Source: Eledone cirrhosa (taxonomy: Eukaryota). Taken from it: a stretch of 64,000 nucleotides of DNA. Position 1 is the stretch's first letter. Every line of letters begins with the position of its first letter. The DNA is taken from contig OZ024743.1 in the NCBI GenBank assembly GCA_964016885.1, positions 253,394,001-253,458,000 of the forward strand. Reading direction: 5' to 3'. Under the pieces are notes generated by a model. The model had not been told where the DNA came from and ran no database searches. It saw nothing but the letters and a program-made list of their open reading frames with translations. Both the position numbers and the translations under genes were made by a program. Positions 1-11,798 of this stretch are shown here, piece by piece.

Positions 1-2916
1 TGAACAATGATAGTGGGAAACCTATGCATCTAAGATTTGTAGACAGGAAAAAAGTTAAAAGAAACAACAGCTAAGGTAAACAAAGTCATCCCATACCTTG
101 AGGCGAGGAGCTTTCACCAGTGCAACAATATCCTCAAAGCAACAGCAAATGCGGTGAGGAAATTACTTGGCATAAAAGCGAGAGGAAACAACAAACAAGA
201 AAGATAAGAACATTGGTTGAAGAAACGACTGAATGGTCAAATCAGGTAAATGAGAAATGACATTGGAAAGCTTGAGTCCCTACTGAATGGGACACTAAAA
301 AACATAGACACTAAAAATAGACTGGAAATAAAGTACAAAACTAGGAGGAAAAAGCTAAATATTATCATAGAGGAACTGAAGCAACGCATTGTAGCAAAGA
401 GTGCAAAAATTAGGAGATACGAGAGCAGTATAGACAGAATAGACAGAACCGCATGTTTGACAACAATCAGAAGATGCTGTTTGGACCGCTTGGGGGGAAA
501 GAAAGAGGCAACGATTTGATCCCTGAGGCGGAGCAAACTAAGACATCCTGGAGAGGAATATGGGAGCAGGATGTTAAACATAATGACCAGGCAGTGTGGA
601 TTGAGACAGTACAGAAGGAGATTAGTGAACAGGCACACCAACAAACTGATTTGAGTATCACAGTTGAAACTCTTAAGGGGCAGGCCAAAAGACTAACCAA
701 CTGGAAATCACCAGGCCCAGATGGTGTGCAGGGGTATTGGATTAAAAATATAACATCCCTCCAGCCGAAACTGACAACCATGTTCAATGACTGCTTGATG
801 TCAGGTGAGGTACCGGAGTGGTTGACAAAAGGTACCACAGTTCTGGTAATGAAAGACCGAATCAAGGTTAATGATGTTACCAACTATAGACCTATCACAT
901 GTCTGTCCGTAATGTGGAAACTGTTGACAAGCATTATGTCTGAGGAAATCTACCATCACCTCCACACAGACAACTTGTTATCGGATGAACAGAAAGGATG
1001 CCGAAAGAAGTCCCGTGGTACAAAGGACCAGTTACGTATTGATAAGATGGTAATGAGGAATTGCAAGAGGAGACAGACTGGTCTTGCCATGGGATGGATA
1101 GACTACAAAAAGGCATTTGACATGGTGCCTCATTCTTGGATCACCAAAAGCCTAGAGATCTTCAAGGTGGCAGATAACATCAGACAGTTGTTGGGCAAAA
1201 GAATTAAGTCCTGCAAAACAGAGTTAACATCAGCTGGACAATTCTTGGGAGGCGTGACGATCAAGAGAGGTATCTTCCATGGAGATAGTCTGTCCCCTCT
1301 GATGTTTGTGTTTGCCCTGATGCCCTTGACCATTATACTGCGAAAAGTGAGAGCAGGATACAAGTTGGGAAAGGGAGAGCTTACCATCAATCACCTCCTC
1401 TTCATGGACGATCTTAAGCTCTTCGGAAAGAGTGAGAAGGAGTTGGATGTGCTTGTTGACACTGTTCGTATTTTCAGCAATGATATATGTATGCAATTTG
1501 GTATTAGTAAGTGTGGAGTCTTTGTGATGAAGAGGGGTAAATTGAGCAGAAGCAACGGAATCCAGGTACCAACAGGTGAGATGATAAAGGAAATTGGCAC
1601 TGAAGAAGGATACAAGTATTTGGGTGTTCTGGAGGCTGATGACATCAAGAACAAAAAAATGAAGGAATTAATAAGATCTGAATACATTCGGAGAATAAGG
1701 AGCGTATTAAAGTCACATTTGAACAGTAGGAATGCCATAAGTGCAGTAAATTCCCGTGCTGTGTCTATTATTAGGTACAGTGCGGGAATTCTGAGATGGA
1801 ATGTTGCTGAACAAAAAGAAATGAATAGGAAGACTAGGAAACTATTGACTATCTTCAATATGTTCCACAAGAGTAGTGATGTCGATAGACTCTACTTAAG
1901 GAGATCTGAAGGTGGAAGAGGTCTTATCAGCATAGAGGACTGTGTTCAGATGGAGAAAAACAACCTACACAAATACGTGACTGATAGTAAGGAGCCAATG
2001 CTCAGAATTGTACAGAAGGAGAGTACAATTGACCAGGGGATGTCCAAGGAGGAAATAACAACAAGGAGAAAGAGCAGCCTTCATGAAAAATCCCTTCATA
2101 GTACCTTCTTTGAGAAAACTGAATTTAGAGATCCACAGACATGGAACTGGTTGAGAAGAGGAGACCTCAAAAAGGCTACAGAAGGAATGCTAATGGCTGC
2201 GCAAGAGCAGGCCCTCAAAACGAAGTGGTTGAAACACCATATTTACAAGGAGGATGCTAGCCCACTGTGCAGGATCTGTGGAGAGAGAGAGGAGACTTTG
2301 GCTCACATTGTATCCGAGTGTAAACACCTAGCCCAGACTCACTATAAGGGCTGGAGACATGATGTGATGGGCAGGGTGATCCACTGGCACCTATTTAAAG
2401 TAAACAATTTACCACATTCTAAGAAGTGGTATGACCATAAGCCAGAGTCGGTGATAAAAAACGATCAGGTGAAGGTGCTGTGGGATTTTAGGATACAGAC
2501 GGACAAGAAACTGGAACACAATAGACGTGACCTGGTTGTTTGGACAAGGAAAAAAGATCGTGCCTGATCGTGAATGTGGCCTGCCCATTCAACACGAAAG
2601 TGCAAGAGAAGGAGAGGGAGAAGATTAACCGATACCAGGACTTAAAATGGCAGGTAAAAAAGATTTGGAACTGCCATGAAGTCAAAGTGGTCCCGATTGT
2701 CATAGGCGCACTAGGTACTATCTCAAAAAGTTTCCAGGGATGGTTAAAGAAAATTGGCCCCTCCACGCTTTTTGGAACGCTTCAAAAGGCATGCTTGCTG
2801 GGAATAGCAAGAACCCTCCGATACGTCCTGAATATCTGAGGCTGCAGGTAGTGGCTTGATATTAATTTCAACAAACTTTCCAGTTAACTAACATCAATGA
2901 CTGAGACTCAAAGAAC
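1..2916 (+). mobile_element. R4/Dong-type non-LTR retrotransposon with restriction-like endonuclease (copy Dong-A), decayed; 5' end lies outside the window
   Basis: ORF 453-2567 has RT motifs (WKSPGPDG, NYRPITCL, WIDYKKAFD, GIFHGDSLSP, LFMDD), CCHC CRICGEREETLAHIVSEC and the RHD motif. The RLE C-terminus continues in the shifted frame 2540-2839. Stops and frameshifts lie upstream of 453. Short 3'UTR ends in (AAT)n at 2917-2940. Confidence 0.92.
453..2839 (+). pseudogene. Frameshifted RT-RLE ORF of Dong-A
   Basis: Frameshift near 2540. RLE catalytic motif is degenerate: NRRDLV and IVNVACPFN in place of the usual NRPD and ID..P.D. Confidence 0.85.
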
Positions 2917-3183
2917 AATAATAATAATAATAATAATAATGTTTTCTTTATTAACCACAAGGGTTCACATAAAGTAGACATTAAGGACAGTACAGGACAA
3001 TACAGGACGGTACAAATGGGCATTTCTCCGTGTAAAAAAACAGAGGTTGAAATAAAATAACAAAGAAAAATTCCCCAATAGGGGGGAGACTTCCAAGGGA
3101 CATTTGTGGAGAAAGCCTATTAAAAGACCACAGTGGCCCTGACCAGCAGGGCAAGTGCCCTCTCCCAGTTGTCCACCTTTAAT

Positions 3184-6100
3184 TTACAGACACATACTCA
3201 GAGAAGCCCCATTCATTCGGGCCATACTTGCTTCTCTCACCCATCTTTCAACAAAATGCTGGGAAGAGAGCACTTCCCTCTCTACCCTGATTTTCCTTTT
3301 CAAATGAAATTTGAAGAAGTTAATCAGGGCATCACCGAAGAGGTAAGTGCTCGTCTTCAGCCCTTTCAAACGTGTCCACCATACTATCTCTTTCGCCATG
3401 GCCACCAGACAGATAAAAACTGTGCCCTTCCAGGCTAAAGGAAGGGGGCGGGGCAATCCTCACGATGGACTCAGCTGATAGCTGGATCCGTCCTACACGT
3501 GACAGCAGGTGTTCGACATAAACCCACAAGTCAGCAATGCTTGGACACTGGACGAGTGCGTGCAGGACGGTTTCGTCGCCCTGCGCGCATCTCGGACATG
3601 CCCGGCTGACGGCACCTCCATGCCTGTAGAGTTTATCCCGAACTGGCAAAGCTCCTCGGTAGCACTGCCAGGCCAGGGATTTCTGGAAGTTGTCCATAGG
3701 CCCCGGCCCGAAAGTCCTTCCGAAGAGATTGGCTAGTTGATTTTCGTCGACGCCTAGATTTTCTCCAAGTACGTCGTCGCTCTTCCCCTCCACTAATCCC
3801 CTATAGAACGCCTAGGTGGAGTTTCCACCGATCACATTGCCCGATTGGTCGAGGGCTGTGAGCGCCTGAAGACATTCCAGTCTCCAAGCGCTCCCTCTCG
3901 GTCTTCGCTTGACCCATGACTGCAGCTCCGTCAAGGAGACGAGCTGGGGAAAAACGTGTCTTGCAAACGGCGACCACACCTGATCACCGTCGAGGAAGAG
4001 GTGGAGATGTCGTAGCCTGAGCGCGTGTCTGCGCATCATCAGCCACGGCATGCCCAGCCATCCACGTAGCGGGTGTTGACAGCAGATGGACCGCCTGACC
4101 ATCGGAGCGCGTCCCTTCCACAAGAAGCGAAAGAGCAAACGCTCCAGCGCAGTCAGGCGGGGCTTAGGACAAGGTACGACGGTCAGGCGGTAGTAGATGA
4201 CGGATGCGATGTACGCATTCGCCACCTCCGCTCGACCTTTCAGGGATAGCTTCCTCTCGGCCCATTTCTGGGTGAGAGAAGCCACCCTGCTCGTCACCTC
4301 GTCGCAGTTTTTGTCCGTCTGGAGGTCTGGACCGAACCAGACCCCTAGCAATTTAACCGGTCCGTCCGTCCAGCGCCCGACGACGCTGTTGGACGGCATG
4401 GTCCTGCCTCTCCAGGTGCCGAGCTGCAGGCCCACTGACTTTTCCTGGTTGATCATTGCTCCTGTCACCGCTTCGTATTCTCTTAGTGTAGTGCCGATCG
4501 CCTCGACGTGTTTGGCGTTCGACACCACTACGGTGACATCGTCGGCATATGCTGACACGGATCTTCCGCATCCTAGTTCGCGCGGGACCCCCCTCAACGT
4601 CTCCTGTTTGTGCAGTAATGGCTCGAGAGTCATTACGTACAATAGGGACGAGAGGGGACATCCTTGGCGGACCGAGCGCATGATTTTGAACGGTTCCGAA
4701 AGGTGACCGTTCACTCTCACTACAGAGCAGATGTCGCTGTGCATGGCAGCGATCCAGCCTCTGAAGACGGGCCCAAAGCCAGCCGCCCCCAGGACTGCCG
4801 TTAGGTAACGATGGTCGACCCTATCGAAGGATTTCGACTGATCTAAATTGATCAAAGACCCACCCGTGCCAGGTTCCCTAGCTACCCTCTCTACGATGTA
4901 TCGCATGAGGTGGAGGTTGTCGTGGATGGATCTGTCGGGAATGGCGCATGTCTGTGCCTCTCCCACCAGACCACCAACGACAAGCGCCAACCTCTTTGCT
5001 AGCACCTTGGCCAAAATCTTGAACTCTGTGTTTAGCAGAGTTATGGGCCTAAAATGATCTATGTTATCCCCCTTGTTCGGATCCTTTCTCAGCAGCGCCA
5101 CCGCTCCTCGGCTCACAGAGCTGGGTATTCTCCCGTTCTGTTGCCAGTTGCAGTAGACATCCGCCAAGAGGCCTCCGAACAAGTTTGGCATTTGTACGTA
5201 AAGTTCATAGGGCAGACCATCCAAACCAGGCGATTTACCCCTTGTGCAACTAGTCATTGCATCCCGTACTTCAGCGGTTGTTATCGGCTTTTCGCAACAC
5301 TCCGCCTCAGTGGCCGAAAGTCGCGGCAGTCCGTCGAGGTAGACACTAAAGTCCTTCCCTCGATCCGGCCCGCCACTGCCCCCGAACAGTTGAGCGAAGT
5401 ATCGCTGAAAAGCTTCACACATTTGCCCGGGATCGAGTAGCATGCGCCCCTCGTGGTCCACCAAAGACCTGATCGTGGCTTTGTTGCCCCGACGCGCCTC
5501 CGCCACTCGGGCCCATTGAACGGCTTTCGTCCCCTCGTGTCTGAGAGCACGCACCCTAGCTCTGACAACGCAGCCTTCGTGCTTTGCATTGAAGAATTGG
5601 TCAAGGGCCAATTTCGCCGCAAGTACGTCGGTCGCGATGCCTTTGCTAAGCGCCTCATCTAATTTTCTAAATAATTCTCCCTCTGCTCTATTTTTCTCTA
5701 TTGCTAAAGTCTTACTAAACCTAATGGACTCTATTCTAATTGCTCTTTTCAGAGCAAACCACCACTTGTTGTTGACGATGGCCCCCGTCAACGCCCGCTT
5801 AACTAGTTCGCTAATCCGGTCTCTGTAGGCCTTGCGCGCTGGTAAGGACGCGTTTAGCTTCCAGTAGCCGGGTCCTCGTCTATGAAGCCTATCTAAGTCA
5901 AGCACACAGATCACGAATTTGTGGTCCGTGTAGCTGACTATCTTGAATTGTGGACAGCCTATGCTAGACCTATCTATTTCCCTACAAAATACTCTATCTA
6001 GATATGATCTGGATGACCCTATGCGATTTGTCCAAGTCCACATTGGTACATTCGGGAAATCCATTCGGTACCTGTCAGACAGTTCAAAACGTCTGAGCAG

Positions 6101-6600
6101 GTTGGTGAGACTCTTGCACCCTCCTTCCCTATCCACTAATCCCACACAATCCCAGCGTGCATCTAAGATCCCGTTCCAGTCGCCCACTAACACTAAAGAG
6201 CGGGACGTTCCAAGAAAGGTCTCTAGACGCCGGAAGAAATCAGGCCGCCCTGCTCCTGTCGGGGCATAGACGGCCACTAACCTGAAAGCTTGCCCGTCTC
6301 CGCTGGTCACGTCCAGCACCACCAACTTACCTTCTGGGTCCAGGAAGATGGCCCGTATGGCAAGATCCAAACCTCTCCGAAAAAGCACAGCAACTCCTCC
6401 CCCGATCCCGGACGGCTGGGAGATGCGTACACATCGTAGCCGCCGAAGATCGGTGCGAAAGCCTGTGCTTCGGAGATTCTGGTCTCGCTGATTGCCACTA
6501 CATCTATGTTTAGTGACCTGAGGTCGTTGAGCAGGTGGCCCTGCTTCCATGACGACCCCAAGCCACGCGCATTTATTCTGCCTATTCTGAGTGAGGTCAT
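3184..6600 (-). pseudogene. Tx1-A ORF2 (AP endonuclease + RT + zinc knuckle), disrupted
   Basis: Starts MTSLRIGRINARGL at 6600. 1-nt deletion near 6400, TCG>TAG at 3812-3814, 2-nt deletion near 3420. Motifs GDWN, YLDR, TDH, QGCPLS, YADD, CPRC..H...C. Nearly identical to the intact ORF2 at 25633-29052. Confidence 0.92.
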
Positions 6601-6634
6601 GTTGAAAAGGAGTGGAAAAGATGGGAAAGACCAC

Positions 6635-8609
6635 TTACCTTACTTCTCGTAGGGGAAGGACGGCTTTTCCATCCTTTTCACTGCTTGTGGCCTCCTCAGG
6701 AAGGATGTCCTTATAAATCCTCCTGGAGTGTGCTTGTCGGAAGTCTCCGATGTCTTTGGGGAATTTTTGTTTTACTGTCATGTACGTTTTCTGTGTGATG
6801 CGAGTGATTTGTATGTGTGGAGGTGGTGTGAATTTTGGGGTTGTTGTGTAGTCTTTTTCTGTGATGCTGGTGTTGTGTTGGATGTAGTGTAATAATTGGT
6901 TGTTGTTCAAATTTAATGCTGTGTAGTGTGTATCGTTTTGGTTGTTTTGTTTTGTTTGCGTTTGTTGTGGTTTTGTTTCTGTTTCGCATTTTGGTGACTT
7001 TTGTGGTGTAGGTGATGGTGGTGTCGGAGTTAATGATGGTGATGGTGTTGGTGTTTGGGTTGATGGGGTTGGTGATGCTGGTGTGGATGGTGGCATATCT
7101 GTCCTAACTTTTTTGTTTCTTAGTTTATTTGTTTCCCTCTGTATTTTGTTTTTGGAGGGGGAAGGAAGAGAATTTTTTCTTTTTTGGTTTCTTTTTTTTT
7201 TCCGGATATCGTTTCCCACTCCTCGTCGTCACAATCTGTCTCCAGTTGTGATAGGCCGGGGAGTGGGAAATCCTCCACAGCCGTTAGTTTTGGTTGTGGT
7301 GTGGTGGATGGTGTAGGCGCTGGTGCTAGTTCTGAAGCGTTGGGTGGTGGTGGTGTTGGTTTTGCTACTGTTGCTGGGGTTGTTGCTGTTATAGTTGCTT
7401 CTGTTGTTGCTGCTACATTTGTTGCTGCCATCTCTGCTACTGGTGGTGTTGATGGTTGTGTCACTGGGGTGGGTAGGAGAGGTGGCCTCAACCTTTTAGC
7501 CTGAGGGCAGAAAGCCCTTAGGTGGGTTCCTTCACCACAAACGACACACCTAGGTCTTCTGCCCTCGACAATTACCGTGAGGTGGCTGCCGTCAGTGAGG
7601 TCTATTACCTCTGGGATCTCCTCAATGCTTTTTTGGTCCGCTTGGATCAGGAGCTCCATCCCAGATCCGGACCAGTTTTCCTGCTTTTCTTTTGCTATTG
7701 CTATTATTTTCGTGTTGGCTTCGATGCCGGCGAGGACAGCCGCTATTAGCCAGGGAATTTCGATGACCGGTGGAACGTGGGTCACCCTGATCTTTACGAG
7801 TCTCTGGCCACAATAGCTTGGGACGAGTGTGAAGTCGTCACTTTTTAATGGGGCCATGGAGTGTTCTCTAGCCTCCTCTGGTGTTTCAAAGAACACATCC
7901 ACGGTTCCATACTTTTGCCCACGTCTGATGTGGGTTTTTCTTGCCCACACATGTCCCAAAGCTTTTTGGATTTGGGACTCGGATGCCCGTTCCACTCGGC
8001 GCGATTTTACATTTATTGTTCTATACTACACGGTGCATAGGCGCCGATGCTCCATTTTATTAGGTGGGGGGGGGGGGGGGGTGAGGCTGACCCTGTACCC
8101 ATCTTTCTTTACCATTTGTTTGGCATTTTCTAAATCCTCTTGAGTTACCGTGAACGCTTCGAATTGTTTTGCTACGATGGCGAAACTGAGGGTCGGTTTT
8201 ATAATGTCATTCTTGTTGTTGTTGCTATCGTTATTTGTGTTAATATTAATTTTAGTTTCAGTTGTGGTGGTGGTAGCGTCAGTCGTCTTTGGTGCGGAAG
8301 AGTTCATTTTGCTTAATTTCATTTCGACATCACGAGTTAATTTATTTTTTTCTTCTTTTGTTTCTGTTGTCGCGGTGGTGGTGGGGGTGGTGGTTGTCGC
8401 GGTGGTGGTGGTGGTGGAGGCTTTAACACCTGCAGTCATTGGTAATGGCGGGAAATGAATATCTGCCTGAGACAAATTTATAATATTGCTACTGCTTATA
8501 TTTTTTTTGTGTTGACAAATGTAGTAACATTTACAATGGTGGTGTCGGTGTGAGGTGTTATTTTGTGAGGAAGGCTTTCAGCTGCTTCGTGCAGAGGGGA
8601 ATTAGCCAT
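6635..8609 (-). pseudogene. Tx1-A ORF1 (gag-like, single CCHC knuckle), frameshifted
   Basis: Likely start ATG GCT at 8609. Pieces 8026-8475, 7120-7995 (CVVCGEGTHLRAFC) and 6635-7219 are collinear with ORF1 at 23531-25597. Confidence 0.85.
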
Positions 8610-8817
8610 TTTTTTTCAAAGAAATTTTTGGATAATAATAAAAGTTAAAATTTTGGGCACAAGGCCCCAATCTTTTTGGGTATCCTTTTCGGAAAACAAT
8701 GTATGTGTGCTTATAAACAGTTAACAATAAAATTTTCCATAAATGGCAATTTTTAACAAACGGAAATAACAAACCTTTGCGGAGCTCACGATGATACGAT
8801 TTACTACGTAGGTCGCC

Positions 8818-8852
<35 letters not shown>

Positions 8853-8853
<1 letters not shown>

Positions 8854-9038
8854 TGTCTCTAATTTAGGCACAAGGCCAGCAATAACCCAGTGCATTACTG
8901 GTACTTTATTTTATCGACCCCGTAAGGATGAAAGGCAAAGTCAACCTCGGCAGGATTTGAACTCAGATCGTAAAGAGACATAACTATGCTGGAAAGCATG
9001 GCGCCCGACCCTCTACTGATATTGCCAATCCACCGCCC

Positions 9039-9039
<1 letters not shown>
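8853..9039 (-). mobile_element. tRNA-derived SINE with Meta-domain-like core; its (ATT)n tail hosts Tx1-A
   Basis: Minus strand has a B-box-like GAGTTCAAATCC, core GACTTTGCCTTTCATCCTTACGGGGTCGATAAAATAAAGTACCAG and 3' end GCTGGCCTTGTGCCTAAATTAGAGAC(AAT/ATT)n. Several copies in the window. Confidence 0.8.
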
Positions 9040-9074
<35 letters not shown>

Positions 9075-9124
9075 GTTTATACATATACTGTAACACTGAC
9101 TTCGATTTAACTGTCTCCCCGCCC

Positions 9125-9125
<1 letters not shown>

Positions 9126-9194
<69 letters not shown>

Positions 9195-9349
9195 ATATAT
9201 ATATATATATATAATTGGTGTTTGATGCTTAAAGCATGTCCAATACATTCCATTCGTCACAACACTGATTCTCTTTTTTCTGTCATATATATGTATATAT
9301 ATATATACATATATATTCATACATTCATACAAACATATATATGCATACA

Positions 9350-9415
<66 letters not shown>

Positions 9416-9430
9416 TGTGTGTGTGTGAGT
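9126..9430. repeat. (TC)n, (TA)n and (TG)n microsatellites
   Basis: Read directly from the sequence. Confidence 0.95.
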
Positions 9431-9519
9431 GTAGTGGAGGTACTATACAGGGTATCGATCATCAAGGCGAGGATTAACATAAGTACACCTATTTATTTAG
9501 TATGTAGCTAGAATCCCAC

Positions 9520-10703
9520 AAAAGATCAGTTCTCAGCCCACTCCTTTTCATTGCAGTCCTTTTGGCTCCAACATACGTGGATACTCCTGTATGATGATAA
9601 TCTTACCGTCTTAGCAAAAACTGTAGAACTAGTGCTGAAATGCTGAAATTGTAATCATAGAAACAGTACCAAATCGTCCTAGATTTAAACCTAATAAAGG
9701 TTAAAGTTTTATTTATTTGGAAAACGAATAGGAATATGGAGTAGTCTGATACCATCAAGTAAATGGCGATATTCAACATGCTGAAAAGAGGAAGGCAGAC
9801 TTTCCATGCAATGCTTCCTTCCAGTACAGATGCTGAGTGTAGAGGAGTTGTAGAAATATCACAGGAATTGACAACAGTAAGTGTAATTGGAAAATAAATT
9901 AATTCCCCTCAAATGCTCGGAAGTCTCACTAGATGTAGTAGATAGCTTTTTCTATCTAGAGTATGTCATTAGCTATGGAGGTGGTGATACGCATTATGTT
10001 GTAACCAGACTGAGAACGGAGATTTTGGGGAAAGACTTTGTTAACTCAACTGACATTAAAGGGCTTCAGTCTCGGAGTGATGGGCTGTTTATATGAACAC
10101 CTGTGTTCAAACTGATACACTACATATCCGTGAGACATGACCTCTGAGTGCATAACTGTAGGGGCTAAAAGGAGATTAAACACCCAGACATCACTAGGCG
10201 TTAGCGTACATGAACGACAACTCACAAGCGGTATGATAGTAAATCTGTAAACAAAACGAATTGAATGCTGTGTGCAAAGAGAGACGATTTGACTGGTATG
10301 ATCATGTGATGTATACGAAAAGTGACAATTGTATAAAAGCTGCGCACTACTTAATGTAGATGAAACCTGCAACAGAAGGAGAGTAAAGAAAACAAGTATG
10401 AGCCCAGGAAACAACATCACAAAGGCGATCACACAGGATCTAGATGATTGATAATATTTAATAATACAAAAGACGGGACCACCAGTATATCGTGTGACAA
10501 TCTCTCTATTTCTGGAGTCACGATATAATGCACTTGGTACACCCTGTGAGGTGGTTGGCGTTGTAAATGACATCGTATGTGAAATTCGGCCCCCACTAGA
10601 CTGAATGGTTAATAGTGGCGAGTAATTACAGATTTGGTCTGTGACAACCAGTTCAACCCGTGCTAGCAGGGAAAGTAAACGTTAAATAGTGATGATGATG
10701 ATG
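9520..10703 (+). mobile_element. Decayed RTE-type LINE 3' fragment
   Basis: Remnant RT motifs (SVLSPLLFIAVL, LLYDDN, F.YL..VIS.GGG). 3' end CAACCCGTGCTAGCAGGGAAAGTAAACGTTAAA followed by a (GAT)n tail. Confidence 0.65.
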
Positions 10704-10766
10704 GTACATATACATTTTTTCTTCGTGTTTTCATTTTTGCAACCCTACCAGTAAGAATGAATTACC

Positions 10767-10858
<92 letters not shown>

Positions 10859-11111
10859 ACTGTGAGAGATAAAGAAAGAAACAGAGAGAGAATGAGGATG
10901 GTAATTAGATGAGAACATCGTATGGGAGATTCCCCTGCTAGATATTGTCATTTCTTTCTGGAACGTTTGACATATTTGGAGTGTTTCAAAGGAATTTTAA
11001 TGTAAATATCCCCTGGGTAGATGCTAATTATCTTCTAGATTTCTCAAACCACTGAGTTGTCATGATCTCTTTTAATCCTATTGTCATTAATTTTATTATT
11101 TTATATTATTA

Positions 11112-11328
11112 TTGTTGTTTTTTGAGTCTCAGTCATTGATGTTATTTAAGTGGAGAGGTTGTTGAAATGAATATCAAGCCACTACCTGCAGCCTCAGATA
11201 TTCAGGACATATCGGAGGGTTCTTGCTGTTCCCAGCAAGCATGCCTTTTGAAGCGTTCCAAAAAGCGTGGAGGGCTGAACTAATCTTATTTTAACCATTT
11301 TGGAAACTCTTTGAGATAGTACCTAGTG
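11112..11328 (-). mobile_element. 5'-truncated Dong-A family 3' fragment
   Basis: Reverse complement matches 2709-2916 (about 90% by eye). Tail runs into TTA-rich sequence at about 11090-11112. Confidence 0.9.
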
Positions 11329-11798
11329 GCCATGGCAAAAGAGATAGTACGGTGGACGCGTCTGAAAGGGCTGAAGACGAGCACTTACCTCTTCGGTGAT
11401 GCCCTGATTACCTTATTCAAATTTCATTTGAAAAGGAAAAACAGGGTACAGAAGTAAGTGCTCTCTTCCCAGCATTTTATTGAAAGATGGGTGAGAGAGG
11501 CAAGAATGGCCCGAGTGAATGGGCCTACTCTGAGTATGTGTCTGTAAATTAAAGGTGGAAAACTGGGAGAGGGCACTTGCCCTGGTGGTCAGAGTCATCG
11601 TGGCTTTTTTAATTGGCTTTCTCCACGATGGCCCTCGGAAGTCTCCCCCCATTGGGGAACTTTTCATTGTTTCTTTTTTTGTTACATCCTCTGTTTTTAT
11701 TTTTTTACACGCAGAAATGCCCATTTGTACCGTCCCGAGTTGTCCTGTACTGTACTTAATGTCTACTTTATGTAAATCCTTGTGGTTAATAAAGAAGC
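11326..11798 (+). mobile_element. 5'-truncated Tx1 3' fragment
   Basis: Matches 28831-29314 (end of ORF2 plus 3'UTR). Ends CCTTGTGGTTAATAAAGAAGC(ATT)n. Confidence 0.9.

Larger units (their letters stand above)
2941..8817 (-). mobile_element. Full-length L1/Tx1-clade LINE (copy Tx1-A), inactivated, inserted in (AAT)n
   Basis: ORF1 followed by ORF2 (APE, RT, CCHC). Flanked by (AAT)n at 2917-2940 and 8818-8852. AATAAA lies just before the 3' end. Confidence 0.93.

Noticed and set aside
4197-6269. Antisense and overlapping ORFs conserved between the two Tx1 copies
   Set aside because: Conservation is explained by near-identity of the ORF2 DNA and GC-rich codons. No independent domain signal.
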